Made by a program: the position numbers and the translations under genes. Below are positions 8,860 through 18,441 of a DNA stretch of 43,286 bases, piece after piece; position 1 is the stretch's first letter, and the number at the start of each line of letters is the position of its first letter. The notes beneath the pieces were generated by a model. It made no database searches, was not told the DNA's origin, and saw only the letters and a list, made by a program, of their open reading frames with translations. The DNA comes from Verrucomicrobiota bacterium (GTDB taxonomy: Bacteria; Verrucomicrobiota; Verrucomicrobiia; Limisphaerales; AAA164-E04), in assembly GCA_023257935.1 (NCBI GenBank), contig JALRAZ010000220.1, positions 1-43,286 on the forward strand. The letters run 5' to 3'.

Positions 8860-9783
8860 ATGTCACTAAGACGCATTGCGGTGGGGTTGTGTTTGATGTT
8901 CTGCCTTCAGGAGGCTGGGGCCCAGGTCGACATCTCTCTGAGTTTCAAGAAGGATTTCTTCCTTGCTGATGAGGCAATGCTGGCAGAATTGACCATTGTC
9001 AATTACTCAGGTCGCTCCATTGTTTTAGGGGAGAAGGCTGATTGGTTGACCTTTTCCATAGAATCCTCCCGCAACAAGACTCTCTCTGCAGAGCGTCCAC
9101 TTGATATCTACGGCCGATTTGAGATACCCAATGCAGGAAGTGGGATTCGTCGGGTACACCTAGTGCCTGCCTTTCGTCTGCAGGAGCAGGGTTCTTATCA
9201 GATCAAGGCAACTGTGGTTTTGCCTGAATTAGGTTTTAAAAAGTCAAGCGAAGCGGTTGAAGTGAATATTCTTTCTGCGAACCTGCTTTGGGAAAGGGAA
9301 TTTGGTCTGGTCTCAAGCGCCGACGGGAAGCCACCTGAAATCCGTCGCTATGAATTGATGCGCTCCATCAACGAAAAGTCCATTGAACTCTACGTGCGTG
9401 TCAGCAGTCAGTATCGAGAAAGCATATTCGGTGTCTACAGCCTAGGTAACGTGGTTTCCTTTGGTGAACCCGAACGTCAGGTTGATCGGCTGAGCAATCT
9501 TCATGTGCTCTTTCAGAATGGGGCACGATCTTTCCGTTACGCGATTATTAAGCCCAATGGTGAAATCCTCCTGCAGCAACGATGGGATTATACCAACACC
9601 CGCCCCAGGCTTAGCTTGGGAGAGCAAGGATTGATCGAAATCTCAGGTGGGATGCGTCAGATCAGCTACGACGATATCCCATCTCCCGAGGCCATGAATC
9701 AAGTGCGTTCCCGAATCATTGAGGTTACCGAATCCAATGTGTCTGATGAAACCGTTCCCAACCGGCCTGATTCGGATAAATAA
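8860..9783 (+). CDS. secreted hypothetical protein (beta-rich, no recognised domain)
   Basis: Sec-type signal 'MSLRRIAVGLCLMFCLQEAGA/QV' from the ATG at 8860. The track start at 8818 is a TTG, and another ATG lies at 8839. The long ORF sits in an otherwise empty region. Confidence 0.6.
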   Translation: MSLRRIAVGLCLMFCLQEAGAQVDISLSFKKDFFLADEAMLAELTIVNYSGRSIVLGEKADWLTFSIESSRNKTLSAERPLDIYGRFEIPNAGSGIRRVHLVPAFRLQEQGSYQIKATVVLPELGFKKSSEAVEVNILSANLLWEREFGLVSSADGKPPEIRRYELMRSINEKSIELYVRVSSQYRESIFGVYSLGNVVSFGEPERQVDRLSNLHVLFQNGARSFRYAIIKPNGEILLQQRWDYTNTRPRLSLGEQGLIEISGGMRQISYDDIPSPEAMNQVRSRIIEVTESNVSDETVPNRPDSDK

Positions 9784-9797
9784 CGATGATTGCAGCA

Positions 9798-9813
9798 GCT
9801 GGCCTAGGCCAGC
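9798..9813. repeat. 16-nt perfect palindrome gctggcctaggccagc at a convergent gene junction (possible bidirectional hairpin)
   Basis: Read directly from the sequence. It overlaps the TAG stop (9804-9806) of the GmhB-like gene. It could form a 6-bp GC-rich stem with a 4-nt loop. There is no clear U-tract. Confidence 0.3.
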
Positions 9814-10352
9814 ATGAGTTCTGATTGGTTGGCATGGAGGTAAGCGATCTTTTCCCCGATGGCCTCCAGAGATTCCAAAGTGTAATCGCGCTGTACTTTG
9901 CCGAGCAGAGGTGATTGGAGCATAACGGAGATGCAACCTAGGGTATGTGCTGCTGCAGCGTCCTGCCATTTATCACTGACGACAAAGGAGTGATCCATAT
10001 CCAGGCGGTATTGGTGCTCAAGCTCCTTAAATAGTCCTGTCCTAGGTTTGGCGCATGGGCAAGGATCTGATGGCTCGTGAGGGCATATCAAGACATCATC
10101 AATGGGGAGCTTAGCCTTCATCACCAGATGCATGCGTTCCAATTCCCTGCGATCGAGAGAGCCCTGAGCCAGTCCTGGCTGGTGGGTTGTCACAAAGACG
10201 AGCAGTCCAGCTTCCTTGAGGGTTTTCATCAATGAGGCGATTCCCTTGCAAAGGGTGAAGGCCTCGACGCTTTCAGGCGAACGATGGGGCTCGGTTCCTT
10301 GGGTGTAGGCGTTGATCACACCATCCCGTTCGAAGAAAACGGCTGATTTCAT
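9804..10352 (-). CDS. GmhB-like HAD-superfamily phosphatase (D,D-heptose 1,7-bisphosphate phosphatase family) with atypical motif I
   Basis: 'MKSAVFFERDGVIN', 'VTTHQPGLAQG', Zn-site 'CPHEPSDPCPCAKP' and 'VVSDKWQD' align with E. coli GmhB motifs. Start trimmed to the ATG at 10352, because the track extension to 10433 runs into the terminator hairpin. Confidence 0.75.
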   Translation of the reverse strand: MKSAVFFERDGVINAYTQGTEPHRSPESVEAFTLCKGIASLMKTLKEAGLLVFVTTHQPGLAQGSLDRRELERMHLVMKAKLPIDDVLICPHEPSDPCPCAKPRTGLFKELEHQYRLDMDHSFVVSDKWQDAAAAHTLGCISVMLQSPLLGKVQRDYTLESLEAIGEKIAYLHANQSELMLA

Positions 10353-10424
10353 ACAACCCTTACCATAACACTTGTAGGTGAGTTTATCAAAAAGCGAACT
10401 CACGCTGTGGCCTGGCAAGGCTCC

Positions 10425-10465
10425 CGAAATCAAAAGGCCCGGTTGAGCTTTCTCAACCGGGCCTT
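10425..10465 (-). terminator. rho-independent terminator downstream of the Gfo/Idh/MocA gene
   Basis: Perfect 14-bp stem (10434-10447 aaggcccggttgag / 10452-10465 ctcaaccgggcctt) with a 4-nt loop. On the minus strand it is followed by TTTTGATTT. It lies 23 nt after the TAA at 10488. Confidence 0.8.
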
Positions 10466-10487
10466 ACGGTAAAATGCCTTGTCCGGC

Positions 10488-11834
10488 TTAGAGATAAGGG
10501 TGTTGCCAAGGAGCTCGGTAGCTTCTTGCCAGCCTTTGGTTAGCTTCTGCGTCTCCAATGACCTCTCCCTTGGCAGCATCCCAGGCCAAGGTTCTGCCCA
10601 ATGCCATCGAAAGATTTGCAAGGATGCAGCTTGCGGTTGAAATGTGACCTTGTTCGATATCAGCAATCGGCTTGCCACGTGTGGCAATGGCGTGGAGGAA
10701 GTCGAGCATGTGTCCTCGAATAGCTGGAGCGACATGACGTTCCAGATCCTTCTCGGTTTTGTCTTCGGGATACTCCTCAAGCTCCATGACTACGTCGGCA
10801 TGCACCGGTTGGCTGCCCCGTTGACTTGGGATGAAATCGTAGCTGTTGACGCTTAACTTGAGTGTGCCTTTATCACCGTAAATGAAGGCAGCCCAGGGAT
10901 AGGCTGGGTCGGGCGACTGACCCCAGGTTCGATGTTGCCAAACCACTTGTAGTTCAGGGAAGTCAAAGGTAGCAGTCTGTGTATCAGCGATGTTGGCCTT
11001 GGCTGCCTTGTCTACAAGGATCCCTCCAGAAGAAGAGACCCTCTCTGGCCAACCCAGATCCAGCATCCAGCGAACGGTATCGAGCATGTGGATGCACATG
11101 TCACCCACGATACCATTTCCATATTCCATGAAAGCGCGCCAGCCACGTTGGTGAACGATGTTGTTGTATGGTCGCATGGGGGCTGGTCCTGTCCACATGT
11201 CATAGTCGAGATTAGAAGGGGGTAATTCGTCGGGGGGATTGCTTCCATTGCGCATGTGGTAGTAGCAACATATTTCGGCATGAGCGATATTCCCGAGGGC
11301 TCCGGTGTCAATGAAACGTTTTTTAGCCTCGATGAGATGGGGCGTGCTTCGGCGTTGGGTGCCTACTTGGACGACGCGACCGTGTTCCCGTGCAGCCTGG
11401 AGCATGGCTTGGCCTTCCCGGATGTCGACGCTGATTGGCTTCTGCACGTAAACATCCGCGCCTGCCTTCACAGCCTCAATCATATTCAACGCATGCCAGT
11501 GGTCGGGTGTGGCAATCAATACAATGTCGAGATCCTTTCGAGCCAGCATGGTTCGGTAGTCAGCAAAGGTCTCTGGTTTCCGGCCAGATTTTTGCCTGGT
11601 AGCTACCAAATCGGCCGCCTCGGCCAGTAACTTGCTATCGACATCGCACAGTGAAGCCACCTCCACAGGTGCCACTTGAATGAGTCTAAGTAGATCGGCT
11701 TTCCCATACCAACCAGTGCCAATCAATCCGACGCGCTTGGGTGGGCCAGCGATGAGATCAGCGAGTGCTGATTGGTCAATGGTGGAGGCAGCGATTCCTG
11801 CCGCGCTTGTTTTGATGAAATGCCTTCGGTTCAT
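10488..11834 (-). CDS. Gfo/Idh/MocA family oxidoreductase with Tat signal
   Basis: 'MNRRHFIKTSAAGIAAS' twin-arginine signal, Rossmann 'VGLIGTGWYGK' and a C-terminal Gfo/Idh/MocA alpha/beta domain. Start trimmed to the ATG at 11834. Confidence 0.85.
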   Translation of the reverse strand: MNRRHFIKTSAAGIAASTIDQSALADLIAGPPKRVGLIGTGWYGKADLLRLIQVAPVEVASLCDVDSKLLAEAADLVATRQKSGRKPETFADYRTMLARKDLDIVLIATPDHWHALNMIEAVKAGADVYVQKPISVDIREGQAMLQAAREHGRVVQVGTQRRSTPHLIEAKKRFIDTGALGNIAHAEICCYYHMRNGSNPPDELPPSNLDYDMWTGPAPMRPYNNIVHQRGWRAFMEYGNGIVGDMCIHMLDTVRWMLDLGWPERVSSSGGILVDKAAKANIADTQTATFDFPELQVVWQHRTWGQSPDPAYPWAAFIYGDKGTLKLSVNSYDFIPSQRGSQPVHADVVMELEEYPEDKTEKDLERHVAPAIRGHMLDFLHAIATRGKPIADIEQGHISTASCILANLSMALGRTLAWDAAKGEVIGDAEANQRLARSYRAPWQHPYL

Positions 11835-11954
11835 GGTTTTGCTAGTTTTTGCGATCAGTAGAGGTTGCAACCCGGGATGATTTCCCAGGCACCTAATCTT
11901 TTGAATATCAGTGTCATCCAGGCATCGGTATTTGTCGATGATGGAATGGGCGAG

Positions 11955-13484
11955 CTAAAGAAGGATATCTCCAATCACGTTGCCATGCACGTTTGTCAGA
12001 CGTCGTTCGATACCGTTGTGATAAAAGCTGAGTCTTTCGTGATCCAGCCCCATGAGGTGAAGCAGTGTGGCGTGAAAGTCATGGGTGGTCGCAATATTTT
12101 CGACTGCCTGGTAACCGAATGGATCGGTGGCACCGTAACTGAACGGGGCTTGAACACCTGCTCCAGTCAGGAAAGCTGTGAAGCCACGCGGATTGTGATC
12201 CCTGCCGCTAGCTCCTTTCTGGAAGGTTGGCATGCGCCCGAATTCAGTGCACCAAACGACCAGGGTATGGTCCAGAAGGCCTCGCTGCCTCAGATCTTGT
12301 ATGAGTGCGGCAGTGGGTTGATCCATGATCTGTCCGTGAACCTGGTATTGCTTCTCGAGGGTTTTGTGGCCATCCCAATTACTCACTCCTTCTCCTCCGG
12401 TTTGGTAGGCTCCATTGAAGAGTTGCACAAAACGCACACCTTGCTCGATCAGTCTCCTGGCAAGGATGCAGTTACGAGCGTAAGCGCTTTTGAGGTTCGT
12501 GGTGCTCGTATCAGTACCAGGGCTATCCACACCATAGGTTTGCAAGATATGCCTGGGTTCACCGCTTAAATCTGAAACCGCTGGCACCGACAACTGCATG
12601 CGAGCTGCCAATTCGTAGCTTGAAATGCGCGCAGCTAATTCACTGTCTCCAGGGTGGGTTTTGAGCTGGTAGCGATTGAGATGGTTCAGGTAATCCCTGG
12701 TTCTGCGGTCCGATGTGGCCGCCACATCTGCAGGAGGCCTGAGGTTGCGAACTGGTTGGTTGGCGTTGAAATCAGTCCCTTGAAAGGCGGCAGGTAGGAA
12801 GCCAGGCCCCCAGCAGTTGACGCTTGATTGGGGGGCGCCCCTTGGGTCTGGAATCGCCACATAGGCCGGTAGCGAGTCGACCTCGCTGCCAAGAGCATAG
12901 GTGGTCCAGGCTCCAATACTTGGGAATCCATCCAGCGTGAACCCGGTGCACATGAAGTTTTCACCCGGTCCATGGGTGTTGGTTTCACTGGTTAGTGAGT
13001 GAATGAAACAAAGATCATCCACCAGGGATCCAAGGTGAGGGAGTAAATCAGAGGTCTGTTTGCCACTCTGTCCTCGAGCCCTGAATGCCCAGGGACTGCG
13101 GGCTAAATTGCCCTGTTCTCCCTGAAAAGTGATCAGTCCATCGGCACCTGGCATGGGTTTTCCATGATGCCGCCAGAGGGCTGGCTTGTAGTCAAAGGTG
13201 TCCAGGTGGCTGACGGCTCCCGAACAGAAAATCATCAGGATTTGCTGTGCTTTTGCGGGAAAATGAACAGGCCTTGCCGCATGGGGGTGAGCCGGATCGA
13301 TGATGGGGCGAATGGGTTGCGTGGAAAGCGTGCTTGGCTTGGAGCTGCTTGCCAAATGGCCGTCGGCTTGAAGCAAATGACTGAGTCCCATGCTGGCCAT
13401 GATGGACCCGCTACAACTAAGGAAACGGCGTCGGTCCAACAATGGGTGCCTGATGTTTTTACGTTGCTCGGTTGTCTCCCTCAT
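11955..13484 (-). CDS. DUF1501 domain protein (sulfatase-fold, Tat signal)
   Basis: '[14 protein letters not shown]' Tat signal. '[19 protein letters not shown]' and '[11 protein letters not shown]...GRDHNP' are typical of DUF1501. The ATG at 13484 overlaps the upstream TGA (TGATG). The track start at 13487 is a TTG. Confidence 0.85.
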   Translation of the reverse strand: MRETTEQRKNIRHPLLDRRRFLSCSGSIMASMGLSHLLQADGHLASSSKPSTLSTQPIRPIIDPAHPHAARPVHFPAKAQQILMIFCSGAVSHLDTFDYKPALWRHHGKPMPGADGLITFQGEQGNLARSPWAFRARGQSGKQTSDLLPHLGSLVDDLCFIHSLTSETNTHGPGENFMCTGFTLDGFPSIGAWTTYALGSEVDSLPAYVAIPDPRGAPQSSVNCWGPGFLPAAFQGTDFNANQPVRNLRPPADVAATSDRRTRDYLNHLNRYQLKTHPGDSELAARISSYELAARMQLSVPAVSDLSGEPRHILQTYGVDSPGTDTSTTNLKSAYARNCILARRLIEQGVRFVQLFNGAYQTGGEGVSNWDGHKTLEKQYQVHGQIMDQPTAALIQDLRQRGLLDHTLVVWCTEFGRMPTFQKGASGRDHNPRGFTAFLTGAGVQAPFSYGATDPFGYQAVENIATTHDFHATLLHLMGLDHERLSFYHNGIERRLTNVHGNVIGDILL

Positions 13485-16324
13485 CAAAGCAGAAAAAGAA
13501 AGCGGTTGGAGTTGAATAAGGCTCTACAAAAAGCTGCTAGTCCATCCTTTTGAACAAGCTGCAGGCTTATTGTCTGCTCATAAGCATCGGGAGTCCGTCC
13601 CTGAACAAGGAGGAATGCAAGGTTGATTTGATCCTCAACTTCTGCACCAGCTTCCTTTTTGAGGCGCTCGCTCAGGCTTGCTGCCTGCACGACGGTGAAG
13701 GGGTTGTTAAACAGATTGAGGGCTTGTATCGGTGTGGTGGACTCGGGTCGGTCAGGCATCACCTGATTCCCATCTGGGCAGTCAAAAGCTCCGAAAATGG
13801 CGTCCTGTTCCTGGCGAATTCGATTCATGTAGACCATGCGCCGAAAGGTGTCAGGGCCAGGGTTTTCCTTCGGGAAATAATGCATGACGTTCTCGCTCTG
13901 CACATCAAGTAAGTAAAAACCAGGGCCTCCCATGGCCTCTTGCATATTTCCAGCACACCAGAGAATACTGTCACGGATGGCTTCAGCTGATAGACGCCTG
14001 GGTCGAAAACGCCACAGGAGGCGGTTGCCGGCGTCGGCATCAAGGCCCTTATCATCGGGCTGACTCGATTGCCGAAAGGTGCGAGAAGTCAGGATGAGTC
14101 TCAGGATGGATTTGGTCGATCCATGGTGTTGGATGAATGTTTGAGCCAGCCAATCGAGCAGGGCTGGGTGCGTGGGAGCCAAACCGTTGCGCCCGAAATC
14201 GCTTGGTGTTGCCACCAGCCCACTTCCGAAGACATGATGCCAAATCCTGTTGACCATGACTCGAGCTGTCAGGGGGTGATCGGGGTCAGTGATCCATTTG
14301 GCAAGCTGCAAGCGACGTTCTTTTTCAGGTGTCTCGTTATCCAGGGTGAAGGGTGCATGAAAGCCCGGTGATGCAGGTTGAACTATCTCTCGCTTTGCTG
14401 ATGGGTCGCCACGATACAATCGATAAGTGGGCTCAGGCTGTTCAAAGAAACCCAACCACGCCTTGGTGCCTTGGTTGATGGAGCGTCTTTCTGCTTCCAG
14501 TGATTCTTTTTGTCTAAAGAGGGTAAGCACCACGCTTTGATCCGATGGAGGCAGATGATGGACAAAGGCCTTAGGGTCGGAAGACGATACCAAAGGTTCT
14601 CTGCCTGAAGCATCGGCGATGGCTTGCCACGCTCCTTGCTCGTCCATTACTTCAATGATGTAATCGGTGACAACTCGGTCTTCGTACTGAGCGTTGCGGT
14701 CTCGGCTCCAAACAACTTTTTCCAAGGATTTTGGCTTGTTGAAGTGTAATTCAAGCCAGCCGCTTCCAACGGTGTTGGCAATCCAGCTGCGATGATTGCC
14801 ATACTGACCATCGTTCAGGTGCTTCAGTTGGTGGATTTCATAGCCTGTAAGGCTTCCGGAGGCCCGAAGAGTGGTGCCTTCTGAGGCTAAGGCTATATTG
14901 GTGCCATGACTGTCGAATATTTCCAGTTCATCAATGCATGGCTCCGCATTGCTGGAGGCCAGGATGGTGAACCTGAGTGCTCGCGCTGAAGTGGGGGCAA
15001 AGGATTCCTCGTTGTAGCGTGGTGAGACTGGGGCGCGTCGTGCAGGACCGCTTTCTTCTCCCATCTGCCGACTTTTTCTCCGCCATGCTGCCATTTCCCT
15101 CTCAAGGCTGATCAGGTTCAGCTCGATTTCTTTCAGGTGCTGTGTTTGCTCAGGTGAAAGGGCATCTTTGATAGATCGCTCGCCATGCTGCACTCCTGCG
15201 AATATTGCCTGCATGCCGAAATATTCACTTTGAAGAATAGGGTCAAATTTATGGTTGTGGCAGCGAGCACAGCCCATGGTCAGCCCCATGAAGGCGGTGC
15301 TGGTTGTGTGTACCATATCATCCAACTCATTCTGGCGCTGAGCCAATGTCAGGGAGATATCGGGGCTCTTGACAATATCGTTCGGGCCAGCGACCAGGAA
15401 TCCCGTTGCCTGATGCCTGCCAAGGGAGTCTCCGGCCAATTGTTCAGCCACAAAATCAGCATAGGGCTTATCCTGGTTGAAGGCATCAATAACGTAATCT
15501 CGGTAAGGCCATGCGGTCTTGCGCTCGCGATTCGTTTCAAATCCGTTTGAGTCAGCGTAGCGTGCGATGTCCAACCAATGCCTTCCCCACGTTTCTCCGA
15601 ATTGGGGGCTGGCCAGCAAACGGTCGACCAGTTTTTCCCATGCCTCTGGCCGATCATCCAAAAGGTAATCGTTTACCCACTCTAGTGGTGCAGGCATCCC
15701 GAGGATGATTAGCGAGAGCCGCCGCGCCAGAGTTTGCTTATCTGCCTCTGGAGAAAGGGTCAGCCCCTTTTTCCCAAGTTCCTGAAGGATGAATGAATCG
15801 ATGGCATGGTTGTCCAAACCCGAGGTCTGATGTGGTATCTCAGGGCGCTTGATCGGCTGAAAAGCCCAGTGATCGAATGATCTTTCTAGATCGGCTGCAA
15901 CTTGTGTTGCCTGTTTACCATGGATACTTAGCCAACGCTCAATGAGAGAAATTTCAGCTTCATCGAGGCTGCGATCCTCTGGGGGCATGCGGAACCCATC
16001 CTCCGTTGACCTGAGCCTCTGAAGCAGGTGGCTCGATTCAATACCGTGGCTTGGAAGGAGGGATTCCCCACTTTCCCCGCCACGAAGCAGACCTTCAAGG
16101 GTATCCAGGCGCAAGCCGCTCTTTTGTTTTTCTGGGCCATGGCATGCAATGCAATAATCACGGAAAATTGGAGCCAGTTGCCTTTGAAAATCCAATGTGT
16201 CCTGAGGACTGTCCTGGGCCCCAACAACCATACATGAGGACAAGGCGACCACGCAAACCGTCCTCAGTAAACCTCGGATCCAAGAATTGTTCCGATGCTC
16301 CATGCTCAGGTTTGTTTTTTTCAT
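13484..16324 (-). CDS. PSCyt1 (CxxCH) / DUF1549 / discoidin-like / DUF1553 protein
   Basis: Signal peptide, then '[17 protein letters not shown]' (planctomycete cytochrome c). DUF1549 elements 'WAFQP...', '[18 protein letters not shown]' and '[11 protein letters not shown]'. A central region '[23 protein letters not shown]' resembles F5/8 type C, followed by a DUF1553 C-terminus. Confidence 0.85.
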   Translation of the reverse strand: MKKTNLSMEHRNNSWIRGLLRTVCVVALSSCMVVGAQDSPQDTLDFQRQLAPIFRDYCIACHGPEKQKSGLRLDTLEGLLRGGESGESLLPSHGIESSHLLQRLRSTEDGFRMPPEDRSLDEAEISLIERWLSIHGKQATQVAADLERSFDHWAFQPIKRPEIPHQTSGLDNHAIDSFILQELGKKGLTLSPEADKQTLARRLSLIILGMPAPLEWVNDYLLDDRPEAWEKLVDRLLASPQFGETWGRHWLDIARYADSNGFETNRERKTAWPYRDYVIDAFNQDKPYADFVAEQLAGDSLGRHQATGFLVAGPNDIVKSPDISLTLAQRQNELDDMVHTTSTAFMGLTMGCARCHNHKFDPILQSEYFGMQAIFAGVQHGERSIKDALSPEQTQHLKEIELNLISLEREMAAWRRKSRQMGEESGPARRAPVSPRYNEESFAPTSARALRFTILASSNAEPCIDELEIFDSHGTNIALASEGTTLRASGSLTGYEIHQLKHLNDGQYGNHRSWIANTVGSGWLELHFNKPKSLEKVVWSRDRNAQYEDRVVTDYIIEVMDEQGAWQAIADASGREPLVSSSDPKAFVHHLPPSDQSVVLTLFRQKESLEAERRSINQGTKAWLGFFEQPEPTYRLYRGDPSAKREIVQPASPGFHAPFTLDNETPEKERRLQLAKWITDPDHPLTARVMVNRIWHHVFGSGLVATPSDFGRNGLAPTHPALLDWLAQTFIQHHGSTKSILRLILTSRTFRQSSQPDDKGLDADAGNRLLWRFRPRRLSAEAIRDSILWCAGNMQEAMGGPGFYLLDVQSENVMHYFPKENPGPDTFRRMVYMNRIRQEQDAIFGAFDCPDGNQVMPDRPESTTPIQALNLFNNPFTVVQAASLSERLKKEAGAEVEDQINLAFLLVQGRTPDAYEQTISLQLVQKDGLAAFCRALFNSNRFLFLL

Positions 16325-16407
16325 GCAAGCATTGCTAGGCTAATCCTTCAAAGGGTAAGAGAACAAAGTAATGCCAAGTCCCTTCCATAGCGACTCAATT
16401 TCAAGCA

Positions 16408-18312
16408 CTATTCAACGGGTAGTGACCCTTCACTTTCTATGGATGCCAATGCTTCCCATCGCTGATAAAGGGCGGCAACGTGTTCTTTTCCTTGCTCCAG
16501 CTCACGGCTGACTTCCTCGGCCTCATGGGCTCTCTCCAGATAAAAGTTTGGATCGTTGAGGGTCTTCTCCAGTTGCGCTACCTTTTCCTCGGCCTCGAGA
16601 ATGGTGCTTTCCATGCCATCGAGTTCCCTCTTTTCCATGTAGCCAAGTTTTCGGGGACGCTGACGTTTGGGCTTTTGAACCGGCGATCCCTCAGATGGGT
16701 GCGATGCTTCGGGTTTGAGGCGTGCAAGGTTGGCTCGTCGCTCGGATCGCTTTTCAAGATAGTATGAGTAATTTCCCGGCTGAGAGAAGACTCCCTCCTC
16801 TTCGAATGCAACGATTTCGTCGCAAACACGATCCAGGAAAAAGCGGTCGTGACTGACAACCATGACGCTACCCTCGAACCGCACGAGGGATTCCTCCAAC
16901 AGGCGCAGGCTTGGCAAATCAAGATCGTTAGTGGGTTCATCCAGGATAAGGAAATTGCCGCCTTTCTTGAGCACCTTGGCCAAGAGGAGTCGAGCGCGTT
17001 CCCCGCCGGAAAGTTGCTCGACCGGTTCATTGGCTCGGTGGTCAGGAAATTGGAAACGCTTCAGATAAGCGCGTGCATTGAGGGTGCGCTCTCCAAAGCG
17101 CACGGTTTCGTCTCCATCGGCTATCTCCTCCAATACCGTCCCATGACCACTGAGATGTAAACGGCTTTGATCAATATAATTGAGGACAATTTTCTGCCCG
17201 ATTCTGACCTGACCTTCGGTCGGTTCCAATTCGCCCATGCATAATCTTAGCAAGGAGGTCTTGCCCACCCCATTGGCTCCGACGATACCAATGCATTTTC
17301 CTGGGGTCAGTGAGAGATTCAAATGACGAAAAAGCCACCGAGTTTCCGCACCATTGCCTACTTGAAGTCCTGCTTCCTTGAGTTCAACCCCGAGATTGCC
17401 TACAGGTGGGGGTGGGGGAAGGATGATATCCATTTCCTGCTCTTCGACTGGGGCGGATTGGTCTTTGGTTTGGTAGAACGTATCCAGACGATGGCGCGAT
17501 TTGGTCCGTCTGGCTCTGACCCCAGCACGAACCCAGTCCAATTCGACTCTCAGGAAACGCTGTCGCCGTCGTTCTCCCTGATCGGCAATTGTGTCTCGTA
17601 TGGCCTTGTTTTCCAGGTAGGAAGCATAGTTCCCCTCATGAGAGTAAGCCTTACCTTCATCCAGTTCCACGACCCTTGTTGCCAAGTGGTCTAAGAAATA
17701 CCGATCGTGCGTGGTGAAAATCACGGCGCCGGGAAATTGGGCGATGTAGCTCTCAAGCCATTGTATGGCTTCGGTGTCCAGGTGGTTGGTAGGTTCATCC
17801 AACAGGAGTAAATCAGGTTGGGCGACCAGTGATCTGGCTAAGGCAACGCGCCGTTTTTCTCCCCCAGAAAGAGGCCTAACCAGGCTGTTCATATCCGGTA
17901 CCGTCAAGAATGAACCCACTGCATCGACTCTGGAGTTTAGCTTCCAGCCATCCGCCAGATTGATTTTTTCCATCAATGCCACCTGACGGTCTTCACTGCC
18001 TTCTCCTGACTCATATTCCCGAATCCATGACTGAATATCGCTAGCCCCATCCAGGATATTATCCCTGACGGTGAGCTCCTCTTTTAACTCAAAACTTTGG
18101 GGAAGGTAGCCGATGCGTAAACCCTTACGGGCGGAACACTCGCCACTATCCGGTAAGGCTTCTCCTGCAAGGATTTTGAGAAGGCTTGACTTGCCGCATC
18201 CATTGCGGCCGACCAAACCAACTTTTTCTCCTGAGCGGACAGCAACCGAAACCTTGTCCAGGAGACGCAGGTAGTCATAGGCCAGACTGAGGTCTGTCGA
18301 GGAGAGAAGCAT
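16408..18312 (-). CDS. ABC-F family ATPase (Uup/YheS-like)
   Basis: Two ABC cassettes (Walker A 'GRNGCGKSS' and 'GANGVGKTS', signatures 'LSGGEKRRVALA' and 'LSGGERARLLLA'), no TM domain, C-terminal coiled coil. Start trimmed to the ATG at 18312. Confidence 0.85.
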   Translation of the reverse strand: MLLSSTDLSLAYDYLRLLDKVSVAVRSGEKVGLVGRNGCGKSSLLKILAGEALPDSGECSARKGLRIGYLPQSFELKEELTVRDNILDGASDIQSWIREYESGEGSEDRQVALMEKINLADGWKLNSRVDAVGSFLTVPDMNSLVRPLSGGEKRRVALARSLVAQPDLLLLDEPTNHLDTEAIQWLESYIAQFPGAVIFTTHDRYFLDHLATRVVELDEGKAYSHEGNYASYLENKAIRDTIADQGERRRQRFLRVELDWVRAGVRARRTKSRHRLDTFYQTKDQSAPVEEQEMDIILPPPPPVGNLGVELKEAGLQVGNGAETRWLFRHLNLSLTPGKCIGIVGANGVGKTSLLRLCMGELEPTEGQVRIGQKIVLNYIDQSRLHLSGHGTVLEEIADGDETVRFGERTLNARAYLKRFQFPDHRANEPVEQLSGGERARLLLAKVLKKGGNFLILDEPTNDLDLPSLRLLEESLVRFEGSVMVVSHDRFFLDRVCDEIVAFEEEGVFSQPGNYSYYLEKRSERRANLARLKPEASHPSEGSPVQKPKRQRPRKLGYMEKRELDGMESTILEAEEKVAQLEKTLNDPNFYLERAHEAEEVSRELEQGKEHVAALYQRWEALASIESEGSLPVE

Positions 18313-18441
18313 GGTGTGATGTGGCAGCGCAGCCATCGGACCATGAAAGGTCCTATTGCAAGAGACCTCAAGCCTATTCAAGACGCATTCGAGTGTTGTC
18401 GATGGCAAGATGCCTCTGATACGCTCCTCCCCTTGTTGGTC

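Noticed and set aside
10430-10780. 116-aa minus-strand ORF overlapping the 3' end of the Gfo/Idh/MocA gene in another frame.
   Set aside because: It overlaps a strongly supported gene and runs through the terminator hairpin. No motifs were recognised.
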